Below are positions 36,386 to 48,850 of a DNA stretch of 64,000 nt, in pieces. Both the position numbers and the translations under genes were made by a program. Numbering within the stretch: the stretch's first letter is position 1; each line of letters starts with the position of its first letter. Location: contig MU057744.1 in the NCBI GenBank assembly GCA_013265495.1, forward strand, positions 2,245,370 to 2,309,369, in the 5' to 3' direction. This DNA is from Vicugna vicugna (lineage: Eukaryota). The notes beneath the pieces were generated by a model. It was not told the DNA's origin and searched no databases. It was given only the letters and a program-made list of their open reading frames with translations.

Positions 36386-38473
36386 GACCCATTCAAATTC
36401 CAAATACTGAACTGAGCCTTTTCTGACAATTCTAATTAGAAATGATAACGCCTTCCTCTGTGTTTAGAGCAAACACTGTTTATGCCATTACTTTAAAATG
36501 AGGGCTATCAGAGTCGTTTCCTTTCGTTGTAGCGGGCACCTTGTTTCCTGGGCGTATCACAGGTTCCTGAGAGCAGCTCCTGTGTCTCGCCTGCCTTATG
36601 TCTCTCACCAGGCCAGGCACAAAGCACTGACCATGATCAGCACTGAAAAAACATTTGTAGCTGTGGCAAAAGTGGTAGATCTGCCTGAAAATCGTAAAAG
36701 TGAAACTAAGTATATGGGGAAGTCAGGGAACCTCCTTGTGATAGAAAAATAAACTTCACTTCTGTTATATCTTAGTTGTGCAGGGGAGGGAATACTTGAA
36801 CACAGAATAAAAAAATACCAAGACAATTTACTGGCTACACTCCTTGCAAGCAGCTCTTTCAGTAACTCAAAAATGTTGTAAATGCTGCAAACAGGACCTC
36901 CCAGCGACGACTCTTCTTTATTCCAGGCCACACTCGTGAGGCTGCCCTGGCCTGCCCTCCAGCCCTCACAGTTCTCTCCCTTCCTTGCCGAACTTCCTCC
37001 ACAAATGCAGAGCTCAGAAATGTTCCTTTGGTAAGGAACTTTCAAGGATTTTTAGTAAGGAATTTTTTACTATTTTTTTTAATAAGGAATTTTTTAGCTA
37101 TGAATTTTTTGATTGGTAGTGAGCTTGGCAACATAAAACAAAACTAAAAAAAAGATACTTCTGCATTAAAAACTTCTATTTAAGTTGGGTCAATAAGGCA
37201 GAATGTATTGTTGTACTTTAAGAGGTTTTTGGAGTCTCCAAATAATACTGCAGCCACAGAGGTCAAAGTGCACTGTAGCTTTGACATGACATATCGGTAG
37301 CATCAAAACCAGCACGTGCCAAGGTTTTTAAAAAATGCTTTTTGTACTTAAATAGAGATTGAAGTGACAACGTTTTGCATCAGAACAATATATATCACAT
37401 TCATTTTTAAGTTAACAAAAATTAAAGTAAAACTATGCAAAAAAGAAACACTCGTTCCTCTGCAACCAAAGGCAAGACTCTAAGAGGCTAATTGCTCTGT
37501 GCTATCTGTTTGTTAGTTTCCATATCCGTCTCTATTTATGTTAATGAATTCATTGCCGCTATGAAATATATAATTCATTAACATCCGTGGTGAAAAAACT
37601 TCCCTGTACTTCTATTTGTAATGCAAATTCTAACCCCGTTTTAATTGCTGATAAAATTTCAAGTAAAAGAAAAGATGTTCCAGGATGCTCTTTTATTTCA
37701 AGTCATTGATAGTATGAATTCTCAGTGAAGGGGGGGGATTAGTCATTTAATGACAATTGAAAGAGAAACGTCCAACCACCTCGCAGTCACCACCCAGGGT
37801 CTGTCACTGCCTCAAGCAAAGCCTTTAAAAAAATGAAAAATTATTCACTGGAGAAGATTTTCAGAGGCTGAGCATTTGAGAAACAATATTTGGATGTGAG
37901 ATGTATGGATGACCATTTATGCGGTAATCATTCATGAACTAGTTAAACATGAATTTCGAGTGCTCTGACTTGAAAGCTCTCATTCAGTTTGGAGCTGTTG
38001 TTGGGATGTATAAGGTTAAAAGTTCTTTGAAATTTAGGCAATTATCATAAAGCTCTTCAAAGATCCCAGGGTTAGGCTCTAGTGAGTTTTATATTCATTT
38101 GACAATTTGGTCAAATAATTCTAAAGTTAGCAAAAAATACTTTTAATTCCCTAGATGTTACCAGATTGATGGCAGCCTTGCCAGTCCTGGTGCTTCAACT
38201 ACAGACAGTGCAGACGCAAATCTCGGAAGATGTTAAGTGGGAAATCTAAGCACAGCTGTATATTCAAGGTCAAATATTGTACTGGTGTACGTCACATTCT
38301 CAAGAGAAGGATTTCTAACATTGGGTAAGAAGTGATTTGCAGAAAACCATGTGATGTCCAAGGAAGCCTCCGAATGAAAAGTGAAGCCTTCAGTTCAGTG
38401 ATGACTCCTCTTAGCAAATAAATCTCTCCCACTACTTCTCTTCTGTAAAATCAGTATTTTCTAGATGATTAAT

Positions 38474-39296
38474 ATTTTTTAAATTGAAGTATAGTCAGTT
38501 ACAATGTGTCAGTTTCTAGTGTACAGCATAATGTTTCAGTAATCCATAAATATATACGTATTCATTTTCATATTTTTTCATTGTAAGTTACTATAAGATA
38601 CTGAATGTAGTTCCCTGTGCTGTACAGTATAAACTTGTTGTTTATCTATTTTATATATAGTAGTTAGTATCTGCAAGTCTCGAACTTCCAGTTTATCCCT
38701 TCCTACCCCCTTCCCCCACCAATAACCATAAGTTTGTTTTCTATGTCTGTGAGTCTGTTTCTATTTTTTAAATAAGTTCATTTGTGTTATTTCTTTAGAT
38801 TCCACATATAAGTGATATCAATGGTATTTTTATTTCTCTTTCTGGCTTACTACACTTAGAATGACAATCTCCAGATTCATCCATGTTGTTGCAAATGGCA
38901 TTATTTTATTCTTTTCTATGGCTGAGTAGTATTCCATTGTATAAATATATCATGGATTCTTTATCCAGTCATCTGTTGATGGACATTTAGGTTGTTTCCA
39001 TGTCTTGGCTATTGTAAATAGTGCTGCTGTGAACATTGGGGTAGATTAAGGTTCCCTCTGGATATATGCTCCGGAGTGGGATTGCTGGATCATATGGTAA
39101 GTCTATTCCTAGTCTTTTGAGGAATCTCCATACTGTTTTCCATAGTGGCTGCACCAATTTATATTCCCACCAGCAGTGTAGGAGGGTTCCCTTTTCTCCA
39201 CAGCCTCTCCAGCATTTGTCATTTGTGGACTTTTGAATGATGGCCATTCTGACTGGTGTGAGGTGATACCTCATTGTGGTTTTGATTTGCACTTCT
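38474..39296 (-). mobile_element. LINE-1 3' end (ORF2 C-terminus and 3' UTR) with TSD
   Basis: Translation [50 protein letters not shown] (ORF2 Cys-rich domain); TSD CTAGATGATTAATATTT (38461-38477) vs CTAGATGGTGAATATTT (39297-39313). Confidence 0.97.
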
Positions 39297-41201
39297 CTAG
39301 ATGGTGAATATTTAAAGATGGGGATATGTGTCTGAAAAAGCATAAATGAGTGATTCGGTGATCTGTACCAGGTTCACAGATTTTGCAGCAAAATCCTCAT
39401 CAGTAAACTTCTCTGAATCTGACAAAGGCAACTAATACTTTACACAAAGATCATGGTCAGTGCCCTGTTACCGTATTGCTGCCCCAAGGCGGCACATCAG
39501 GGCTCCCAGATTTGTCTCCTTTTCCTTTCTGATATTCAGTAGAAACAATAATACGTAGAAGGTGAATAATGCATCCCAGGCCCCTCTAAGGGGAAAGAAA
39601 AATTAAATTTAATGTTAGAAAAAAGATTTTTCAGTGACATGTTGGCCCCATTGCACAGTTACGATTTACTCCGGGCTCCTGCTTTTAAAGCAGATTTGCA
39701 AGCAGTTTTCAAACATCATTATTTGTGCAAAGATTGAAATGAGCCTTGGCGTTCGCTCTCTTTAAGCCCGCTGGCCACTCGTCTCTCTCCCTTTTGCATC
39801 TATTTATATTTCTACCTTGAAGGATTTATTTGAAAGCCATAAGAGACTATAAAATTTTAAAACTTTTGCTGAAGTCTTAACATATTGGCATTATACAAAG
39901 CTGGGGAGTCCTGTATGTGTGATGTAGAAATTCAAGAAATATTTACTGAACTGGAAGTAAGGAACTTTGGTTCAAGACTGTAGGAGACACGCAGAGGAAT
40001 AGCAGAAAACAATACGTTTAATCAGCTCAAAACTTCCTCAGTCTTGATTTTGATGAGACAAAGCAGACAAGCAAACACGGGCCATGTGATCCTCGGACAT
40101 GTGCCTTAATGTCTGTGTGAAATGAAAACATCGATGACGTCACATCTGCTGTTGAAAGTCTGTTACTCTTCTCTTCCTTATTCCTAACACGAAGACTCGA
40201 TTTGAAAAATGCTTGAGGATTTTTAAAAATATGAGAATTTTTGTGTTCTATTAAAAATAGGAATTTTTGTCTAAAGATAAAACTAGGTTAAAGATTATAC
40301 AAAAATTGTAAGAAATAAATGGAAAAAGAATCATTAAAGAGATAGGTATACTTAAATGCTTGTTCAAATAGGAAATGTGCTCAAACACCAACCGCCCAGC
40401 ACGTCCACTGTTCCCTCATAATCCCTAAGCACTGAGAACCCACAGTAGATCGCACTGACGTGTCATTCTAAGCCCTGGTTTTCACATTTCCTCAAACGGA
40501 CGGCATTCACTGCAGCCAAATGTGTATTTGCTTAAGAAGCTTAATGTGCAGAGAGAAACGAACTCCTTTCCAAATTCTGAGCTTTAATTTATCCACAACA
40601 GTAACCAAGAGAAGAAAAATCCACACTTCCTGTATGTTAATCTCAATAAATTGAACTTCGCTGTTTTCTATGCTGATAAATCCGTTAAGAGGCTACTTTC
40701 CTTTCTCATCCAAGCTCAAGTCTGTGAGCTAAGGAAACATATCAAAATTGCAAAACTTATAAATTTGGGCTTTACAAATTAGGAATGCATACTCCCTAAA
40801 ACAAGGCGAATAGAGCTACCTATATACTATCTGAATCGGGGAAATTAACCACCAGTGTAAACCACAGATTAAGAGAGTGTATCCCATAATGACACACACT
40901 GTTTTCAAGGACTTTATAATAATTTTTATTATTACAGTATAAGCAAGTGCTAACACTCATTAGATTTGTAATTTGATATGTTCATTTTAAACAAAACGTG
41001 TGTTTTTAATAGCCACAGAGGTAGTAAGCTTAATTCAAGTTCTCATTGAAGGAAGCATTCCTCCTGTCCAGGATCCTTACATCATTCTGCTTTCTATCTT
41101 GACCTGATTCTTTCTGTGACATGAAAAACAATTACTGGCTTTCTACATTCAATTATGCTAGCATTTTCTACATATTTGGCCCAAAATAAAAAGTTAAAGA
41201 T

Positions 41202-41337
41202 GGGGGAGGGTAGAGCTCAGCGGTAGTGTATGTGCTTAGCATGTGCAAGGTCCTGGGTTCAATCCCCAGCACCTCCACTAAATAAATAAATAAATAAATA
41301 AATAAAAATCTACTTACCACCCCCCCCCTAAAAAAAA
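41202..41337 (+). mobile_element. Vic-1-type tRNA-derived SINE
   Basis: GGGGGAGGGTAGAGCTCAGCGGTAG (A box)...GGTTCAATCCCC (B box), (TAAA)n, C-run, polyA; approximate TSD AAAAGTTAAAGA / AAAAGGTAATGA. Confidence 0.95.
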
Positions 41338-41789
41338 GGTAATGAGATTTCAGGTCAAATTCAAAATTAAGAAACTAAGTTTGAAAATTATACGTCAAAG
41401 AGATCAGAGCTGCAATAACGTTCATCAACATATATTTGAATTTTACTGAGTTTTTAACTTGCCAAAAAACCCCACCAAACTTCCATGATTAACAATTTCA
41501 TACTTTGAACACCTCATGTGTACATTTACTAGTGACTATGCATCAGCTCTGGTTCAGCAGCTCGCGCACGGGCGTTGGCTCTAACGACGTCGAGGGGATC
41601 AGACGCTGAATGTAACAGTGTTACGTGAAGGCATCGCCTCGTGGCATATTCTGTCGAGGAAACGGGCTCTAACGCCACCTCCCACAGGACCACTAACAGC
41701 TAAGAAGGATCATTTTCCATTAGGCCAGGAAATGGGGATCTTCTGAGAAGTAAGGTACCTGCTCTCATGAACGGCACTTCGCAGCAGCA

Positions 41790-43560
41790 AGCGTGGGCTA
41801 CCACAGAGACGTGTCGGGGAAGCAGCCGTCCCCGCGGCCGAGCGTCTGGCGCCCGCCGCCCCTTCACCGCGCCCCGGGCGGAGGGAAGAGGAGACGTGCC
41901 CGCGCCGCAGGTCGCGCACAGGGGTAAGCGCGGGAGGAGCGGCCCGGCTCAGCCCTGAGCAGGCCGCCTGGAGCGCTTCCTCGCGGCAGCAGGGACCCCG
42001 GGGACAAAGCCTCGTCAAGTGCGGCGAGCGGAGGGCGCTGCCCGCGCTCCGACCCGCCCGGGAAGCCGCTCCCCCAGCCCGCGTGCAGGCCAGAGCGCAG
42101 CCTCCTGCGGCGGGGACCGCGTGGAGCCGCCTAGCGCGCCGCGCTGCGCGGAGCCTGTGCCGCGCAGAGGTCCTGGGTGTCTCCGCGCGAACCAGTTAAG
42201 ACGCCGGAGAGCGCCCCCGGTGCCGGAGCCGAGCGCGCCGGTCGCGCACCTACACGCCGATCCGCGCCGCTGAGGCGCTGTCCGCCCAGAGGGGGCGCTG
42301 CTGAGCGCTGGGCCCGCTGTCCCCGGGAAAGGGGGGGGGGGGACGGAGCCCGTTGCTGGCGATTTCCTTTCAACGCGAGCATGTCTTGGGCTCGACTCGG
42401 AGCCGCTGCAAAGGCCCCGTCTGAGGGCGCCCTTCCGACCGCCTGCTCCGGGGCCGAGCACTCGGCTCCTTGACCAAGAGGCCCGCCTGGAGGAGGCACA
42501 AGAGCTGCGTCTGTGCGGACCTTAAGCAGTTCACAGCGGAAGGCGGGCAGGGGGAGGGGGTCCTGGGGAAAACCTGTCCTCAGTTTCGCAAACCAGGATT
42601 CCCGAACGTTTAGAGGACAAGAATTAGGGAAGTTCTGTCCTGGTCGTCTGTGGACAGTCAGTCGTCTGCCCTGGGCTCTGGCCTGACCTCGTCTATAAAG
42701 ACGGAGGTGGGAGCTACGTCACTCCTGGCTTCGCTCCCCTCGCAAGAACCACCAACGACCGAGAGCGACAGAACCCGGAGGCGGCGGGCGGCCGGGACGG
42801 GGACCGCGGGAGCTGCGCGTTGACCCCGCGGCGCCTCGGCCGGCGGCGCAGCGCCACGTGGGGCGCGCTCCCCGGAGCCTGCGGTCCCTCCGGGGCAGCA
42901 GAGAGCCCGGGGGACCACCAGCTCCCCGCCAGCATGGGGGGTTGCCCCGTGGGAGCCCCGACGCCGACCTCTCACTCCGGGGCGGGCAGGGGAAGCCGTG
43001 GGGCGCTGGCACCGAGAGCCTGGCTGGGACGGCGCGCGGAGAGCGGCGCTCAGCAGCCGGCGCACGAGCTTGGCCGGGGCCCAGTCGTCTTCGCGGCCAG
43101 CAGCTTTGCTCACCTGCAGAAGCAGGTCGGGTGGCCTCCGACCAGGGCACCCAGCGGGTACGCATCTGTCCGGTTCAGACGCTCAGCTGAGGAGTCCGCT
43201 GGCCCTGGAGCGTGGTCTGCGCACACGGGGCCAAGTCTGCGTCACGGGGCGCCCGCGGTGGCCCCAGCCCCGCCCGACCCGAGGGGCTGGTGAGGACACC
43301 TGGAGGCGGCACGGCCAGCAGAGACGGACTGAGAGAAGGACAGGCAGAACCCGTGGTCTGCAGAGCAAAGCCAATGCCTGTTCAGCCAGGGGACCTGGGC
43401 CTGGGTCGGCTTGAAGTAAGAGAGCAAAGAGCTTATGGGTTTCAGAGCTGCTTCTCCTGCTGAACCCGGCCCGAGAATCTAGTCCACAGCGCTGCCCGTC
43501 GCCCGGCCTAGCCGTCAGCTGGTCTGCGCACCTGGGGAAGGCCCCCTCAGCTGCTCTGCA
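41790..43560. promoter_or_regulatory. CpG island, promoter-like, bipartite; no associated gene identified
   Basis: Two very CpG-dense blocks (about 41800-42550 and 42700-43520) separated by a short lower-GC spacer. Confidence 0.88.
42284..42300 (+). promoter_or_regulatory. Candidate CTCF site
   Basis: GCCCAGAGGGGGCGCTG matches the CTCF core (…AGGGGGCGC…); motif only. Confidence 0.5.
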
Positions 43561-45980
43561 CACAATGGCGCCTGAACAGAGAGCACAGCCTACGGCTTCC
43601 CCGTCTGCACAGCAAAATCAGTGCCTCATCTGAGCAGGTGCATGTTCTTGCCTGATTCGGGTCCCCAAGCAGTGAGCTGTACAGCCTCTCGGTATTGTCC
43701 TGCCGCCCTCCTCGGGCAGGGCGCTAACTCCTAGTCCCACCGAAGGTGACACCCCATCCCAAACACACCCCAGGCCTGGCAGAGGGGCCAGGTAGCTGCA
43801 GAGCCCGTCCTGCAGCCCTGCTTGGGTGGGAACCAAGCCAGCTGTGCCACCCAACTGTTCTCCGCCAGGGCACAACCCCCACCCCCAAGCACAGGGCTCC
43901 AGCAGCTTCCTTCCCCCAAAATAGGCTGTAATAGCAAGCCCCTCACTGCCCGGGGACAGTGCCCACAGACAAGCCCGGAAACCCAGGCTGAACTGACTGG
44001 TGAAGACTGGTCTGTGACAAAGAAAACCTGTAAGGTCTGGGAGAGAAACCTGATTACTCAGGCTGGAAGGTTCCTGAACCTGGGGAGAGAAATGGATATC
44101 CAGAGATTCATGAGACCCAAAGGACCCCAAATGGGATGACCTTGAATAGAGGTACACTGTGACATATTATAACCGTATTTTCAAGAGCCAAAGACAAAGA
44201 AAAAAATTTAAAAGCAGCAAGAGGAAATATAGAAGTTGCATACAAGGGGGCCCCATGAGACTATCAGATTTTTCAACAGAAACATTTCAGACCCAGAGCG
44301 TATAAAATGGCACATTCAAAATACTGAAAGAAAACACTGTCCACCAAGAGTATTATACCTCGCAAAGCTGTCTTACGGAAATGAAGTAGGATTAAAGACT
44401 TTGCTGAACAAATGAAAGTCCAGGGGTTCATCACCACTAGACTTGCCTCACAGATATGCTAAAGGGAGTTCCTTGAGTGGATGTAAACAGATGCGAATTA
44501 ACAATATAAAACTACAAAAAGGGAGTGTAAAACTCACTACACGGTAAATAGAGTTAAAGTTAGATTCTATAATTTTGTAATGTGGTGCATAATTCACTTA
44601 CAACTCTAAAAGTTAAAGAAGTAAATGTATTAAAAATCATAACTAAACCAATATGTTATTAGTTACAAGATATTAAAAATATGTAAATTGTGACAGTAAT
44701 AACCTAAAATGGGAGGATGAGAGGAAGTAAAAGTCTAAAGGTTAAGAATTCTGTTGAACTTAAGTTGTTATCAACTTAAAATACTGGGTTATAATTTTAA
44801 GATATTTTGGAAGCCTCATGGCAACCACAGGGGAAAGTCTGCAGCAATTACACAAAAGAACATGGTAAAGAAGTCAAAGCATATGGATGCCAGGAGAATC
44901 AAAACACAAAAAAGACAGAAGGATAAGAAATGAGAAACAATTAATTACAAAATATCCAGAAAACAACAAAAATGGCAATAGTAAGTCCTTATCTGTCAAC
45001 TATTTTAAATGTAAATGGGCTAAATTGTCCAACCAAAAGACACAGAATGGCTGAATGTATCAAACAAAACCAAAGCATCCAAAGATATGCTGCCTAGAAG
45101 AGATTCGCTGTAGACTTAAAGATACACATAGACTGAGAATGAAGGGGTGAAGAAAGTCATCTCAAGCAAACAGTAACCAAAAGAAGCAAGCTATGCTTCT
45201 GCCAGGCAAAATAAGACTGTAAACTGAAACTGGTAAAAGGAAAATGGTAAAGGGGTCCATCCATCAGGAAGACAGAATGATTGTAGTATTTATGCATTCA
45301 ACATCAGGGCACCCGGATACACAAAGCAAAGTCTGAAAGAGCCAAAGGGAGAAATAAACTGTAACACAATTACAGCTGGGGACTTCAGCACCTCACTGAC
45401 AGCAACGGACAGAATATCCAGACAGAGAACCAAAGAGGAAACAGCAGATTTGAGCTACACTGAAAACCAAACGGACACGCACAGAAGAGCGAAATACGCA
45501 TGCCTCTCGAGGGCACGTGGAACATCTTCTGTGACTGACCATGCGCTGGGCCTCAACACTCAGCAAAGTCGAGGAGATTGAACTCATACCAGGCAACTTC
45601 CCTGATCTCAGCAGCACGAAATCAGAAATCCACAGCAGAAGGAAAACGGAAAATTCATGAGTGCACATGGGAGTTAGGCAGCACTCTCCTGAGCAGCCAG
45701 CGAGTCAAACCAGAAATCGAAGGGGAACTAAAAAAGGGTCTCGAAACAAACCAAAGTGGAAACACAACGTACCAGAACGTACGGAATTCAGCAGAGGCAT
45801 TTCCAAGAGGGAGGTTCACAGCAACAAAGACCTACGTTAAGCAGCAGGGAAGACCCCAAATAAACGAGCTAACCCTGTGCCTGAAAGGAGAACAAACGGA
45901 GCCCACAGTCAGCAGAAAAAGGAAATGATAAAGGTTGAAGGAGAAATGAATGAAACAGAGGACAGGAAAACAACAGAAAA
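42697..45980 (+). mobile_element. Ancient LINE-1 (L1M2/L1M3-like) 5' half: 5' UTR, internally deleted ORF1, inter-ORF spacer, ORF2 endonuclease region; 3'-truncated
   Basis: ORF1 remnant FLNLGREMDIQ at about 44070-44105 and AAGACAAAGAAAAAAATTTAAAAGCAGCAAGAG; ORF2 start ATGGCAATAGTAAGTCCTTATC...AATGTAAATGGGCTAAAT at 44972; later TTYQNVRNSAEAFPRGRF. The 5' UTR assignment (42697-44060) rests on recalled consensus similarity and is less certain than the ORFs. Confidence 0.85.
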
Positions 45981-47142
45981 GCTATTTGAGAAATTCTTAC
46001 TTTTTAGTGTTAATGATGACGATGGTGATGTCTGTGATTTGCACATGTATTAGGAGGTGTACAGTATGGCGGCTTGTGCTGTGGGCAGTTAATAGCCAAA
46101 CTGGATATTTAAAATGGTATGAATAACCTAAAACCACTGATAGATGGACTTCCACATTGTGTCATCTACAGAAAAGTTGATTATATTCATTCATTTCATG
46201 TGTCTTTTATTAGTTGATAAAAAGGAAATGGATGAGGAAAATCGAGGTTTTCATGCATGAACACTTGCTGACAATTTAGGTGAGGGAAGTGAGACTCATA
46301 CTTTCATGTATAGTTTCTTCTTCTCTCCTCCCATTTCCCACAAGTTCAGAATTCTAAAATATTTCATTTTCCTTGAATTACATTATTATGAAAGAAAGCA
46401 GATTTTAGTAACCATTTATATTCACAAGGCTCATTCAATAGCTAAAAATAAGTTTACATTAAGTATAATAAAAGTCTACCCCCAACAAAACAAAACATGA
46501 AAAGAATCTAGAGATTCTATAACGTCAATTTTTGTATTTAAGTTTGGAAAATCCTTTTGTATTCATTGTCCAGAACCCTGGTTACTCCTTATTCAACAGG
46601 TATGCACTTTTACTCCATATGAAAATTGGCGTTTGTTTAGTTTGGGACTGATTTAATCTGAGGCTTTGACACCCTACCCTGTGCTATAACTTGAGGAAAT
46701 AATCCATTTCACATTTTCCCCTTATAAAATAGATATTAAAATCCAGGGCAAGAAACACCGTAGTTTTGAAATTTAAGACTGGAAAATTAGGATGTTTGTT
46801 TTTCTTCCTAAAGGCAATGGTTTCGAGCATCGATGTGCTGACAGGTGACCCACTGCTGTGGCCACTGATTCTCCATTTTCCTCCCCAGAATTATGCCTTG
46901 AATTGTACTAGGAGTTTTATGACTCTCAGTGTTTGTTTTCAGCTATCTTGTGCTTGGAATATAGAGTTATTAGGATCCAAAGTATGAATCCTCAGTATAA
47001 GTCCTACTAGGGCACCACTGTCTACGGTTGACTTACTAGACATGCACAGTGGCAATTGGAATAATCATTTTCCTACCTAATTCTTCTACTTCAGCTTCAA
47101 AAACTTAGTTATGATGCACCTGAGAAGTACAGAAACAAAGCA

Positions 47143-48850
47143 CCATGAGAATCACACAGCAATAACTATTGTTTCCCTTTTTGTGGCTGAGTAGTATTCC
47201 ATTGTGTGTGTACGCATCAAATCTTCTTTACCCGTTCATCATCTGTCAGTGGACATTTAGGTTGTTTCCATGCCTTGGCTGTTGTAAATAGTGCTGCTGT
47301 GGACATTGGGGTGCAGGTGTCTTTTTGAATTATATTTCTCTTTGGGTTTATGCCCAGGAGTGGGATTGCTGGATCATAGGGTAAGTCTATTTTTCATTTT
47401 TAAGGAAACTCCATTCTGTTTTCCATAATGGCTGCACCAAATTGCATTCCCACCAACAGCGTAGGAGGGTCCCCTTTTCTCCACAGCCTCTCCAGTGTTT
47501 ATCATTTGTGATAAACATCATTTTGAATGATGGCCATTCTGACTGGTGTGAAGTGATACCTCACTGTAGTTTTGATTTGCATTTATATGATAATTAATGA
47601 TCTGGAACATCCTTTCGTGAGCCTGTTGGCTATCTGGATGTCTCCTTTGGAGAAATGTCTGTTTAGGTCTTAGGTCTTCTGCCCATTTTTTGATTGTATT
47701 GTTTTTTGTTTTGGGGGATTTTTGATTTTGATAAGCTGTTTGCATACTTTGTTTTTTGTTTTGGGGTTTTTTTGATTTTGATAAGCTGTTTGCATACTTT
47801 GTTTTTTGTTTTTAGGGGTTTGCATACTTTGTTTTTTGTTTTGGGGGGTTTTTGATTTTGATAAGCTGTTTGCATACTTTGTTTTTTGTTTTTAGGGGTT
47901 TGCATACTTTGTTTTTTGTTTTGGGGGGTTTTTGATTTTGATAAGCTGTTTGCATATTTTGGGAATTAATCCCTTGTCAGGTGCATCCTTCACAAATATT
48001 TCCTCCCATTCCGTAGGTTGTCTTTTCATTTTGTTTATGGTTTACTTTGTTGTTCAGAAGCTTTTCAATTTATTCAGGTCTCGCTTGTTTATTTTTGCTT
48101 TTATTTCCACTACTCTAGCAAATGATCCAAAAAATGTTGCTGCAGTTTATGTCAAAGAGTGTTCTGCCTGCGCTTTCCTCTGGGAGTTTTATAGCATTTG
48201 GTCAGTATTTAGGTCTTTAATCTGTTGTGAGTTTATTTTTGTGTATGGTGTTAGGGAATGTCCTAATTCCATTTTTTACCTGTAGCTGTTGAGTTTTCCC
48301 AGCACCACTTATTGAAGAGAATGTCTTTTCTCCATTGTATACTCTTGCCTCCTTTGTCATGGATTAATTGACCATAAGTGTGTGGGTTATTGGAATATTA
48401 ATCAGCCATATAAAAGAATGAAATAATACCATTTGCAGCTACATGGATGGACCTAGAGATCATCATACTAAGTGAAGTAAGTCAGACAGAGAGAGACAAA
48501 TATCATATGATATCACTTATATGTGGAATCTAAAAATTGATGCCAATGAACTTATTTACAAAACAGAAACAGACTCAGAGACATAGAAAACAAACTTGTA
48601 GTTACCAAAGGGGAACTGGGAGGGAGGGATAAATTAGGAGTTCAGGATTAATAGATATACACTACAATATATACAATAGATAAACAACTAGGTCCTACTG
48701 TAAAGCACAGGGAACTATGTTCAATATCTTGTAACAACCTATAATGAAAAACAATCTGAAAAAGAATATACATTTATATATATGACTGAATCACTGTGCT
48801 GAACACCTGAAATGAACACACTATAAATCAACTGTACTTCAATAAAAAGA
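47143..48850 (+). mobile_element. LINE-1 with 5' inversion (about 47143-48389 inverted, 48390-48850 sense) and TSD
   Basis: Antisense ORF2 sequence switches to sense 3' end at about 48390; TSD AGAAACAAAGCA at 47131-47142 and 48851-48862. Confidence 0.92.
47701..47960 (+). repeat. Composite minisatellite, 50-bp (A) and 30-bp (B) units in order A-A-B-A-B-A
   Basis: A = GTTTTTTGTTTTGGGGGGTTTTTGATTTTGATAAGCTGTTTGCATACTTT at 47701, 47751, 47831, 47911 (1-2 base variants); B = GTTTTTTGTTTTTAGGGGTTTGCATACTTT at 47801, 47881. Confidence 0.97.

Noticed and set aside
41202..41275. tRNA-like sequence with A and B boxes (also at 17007 and 32190-32266)
   Set aside because: Followed by the SINE-specific A-rich/C-run tail and diverged among copies; SINE heads, not tRNA genes
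41710..44157. Cluster of 100-180 aa ORFs in CpG island 2
   Set aside because: Same GC artefact; the only recognisable peptide is an L1 ORF1 remnant
47701..47960. Regular repeat array superficially like CRISPR
   Set aside because: No unique spacers, units derive from the host L1, eukaryotic context, no cas genes
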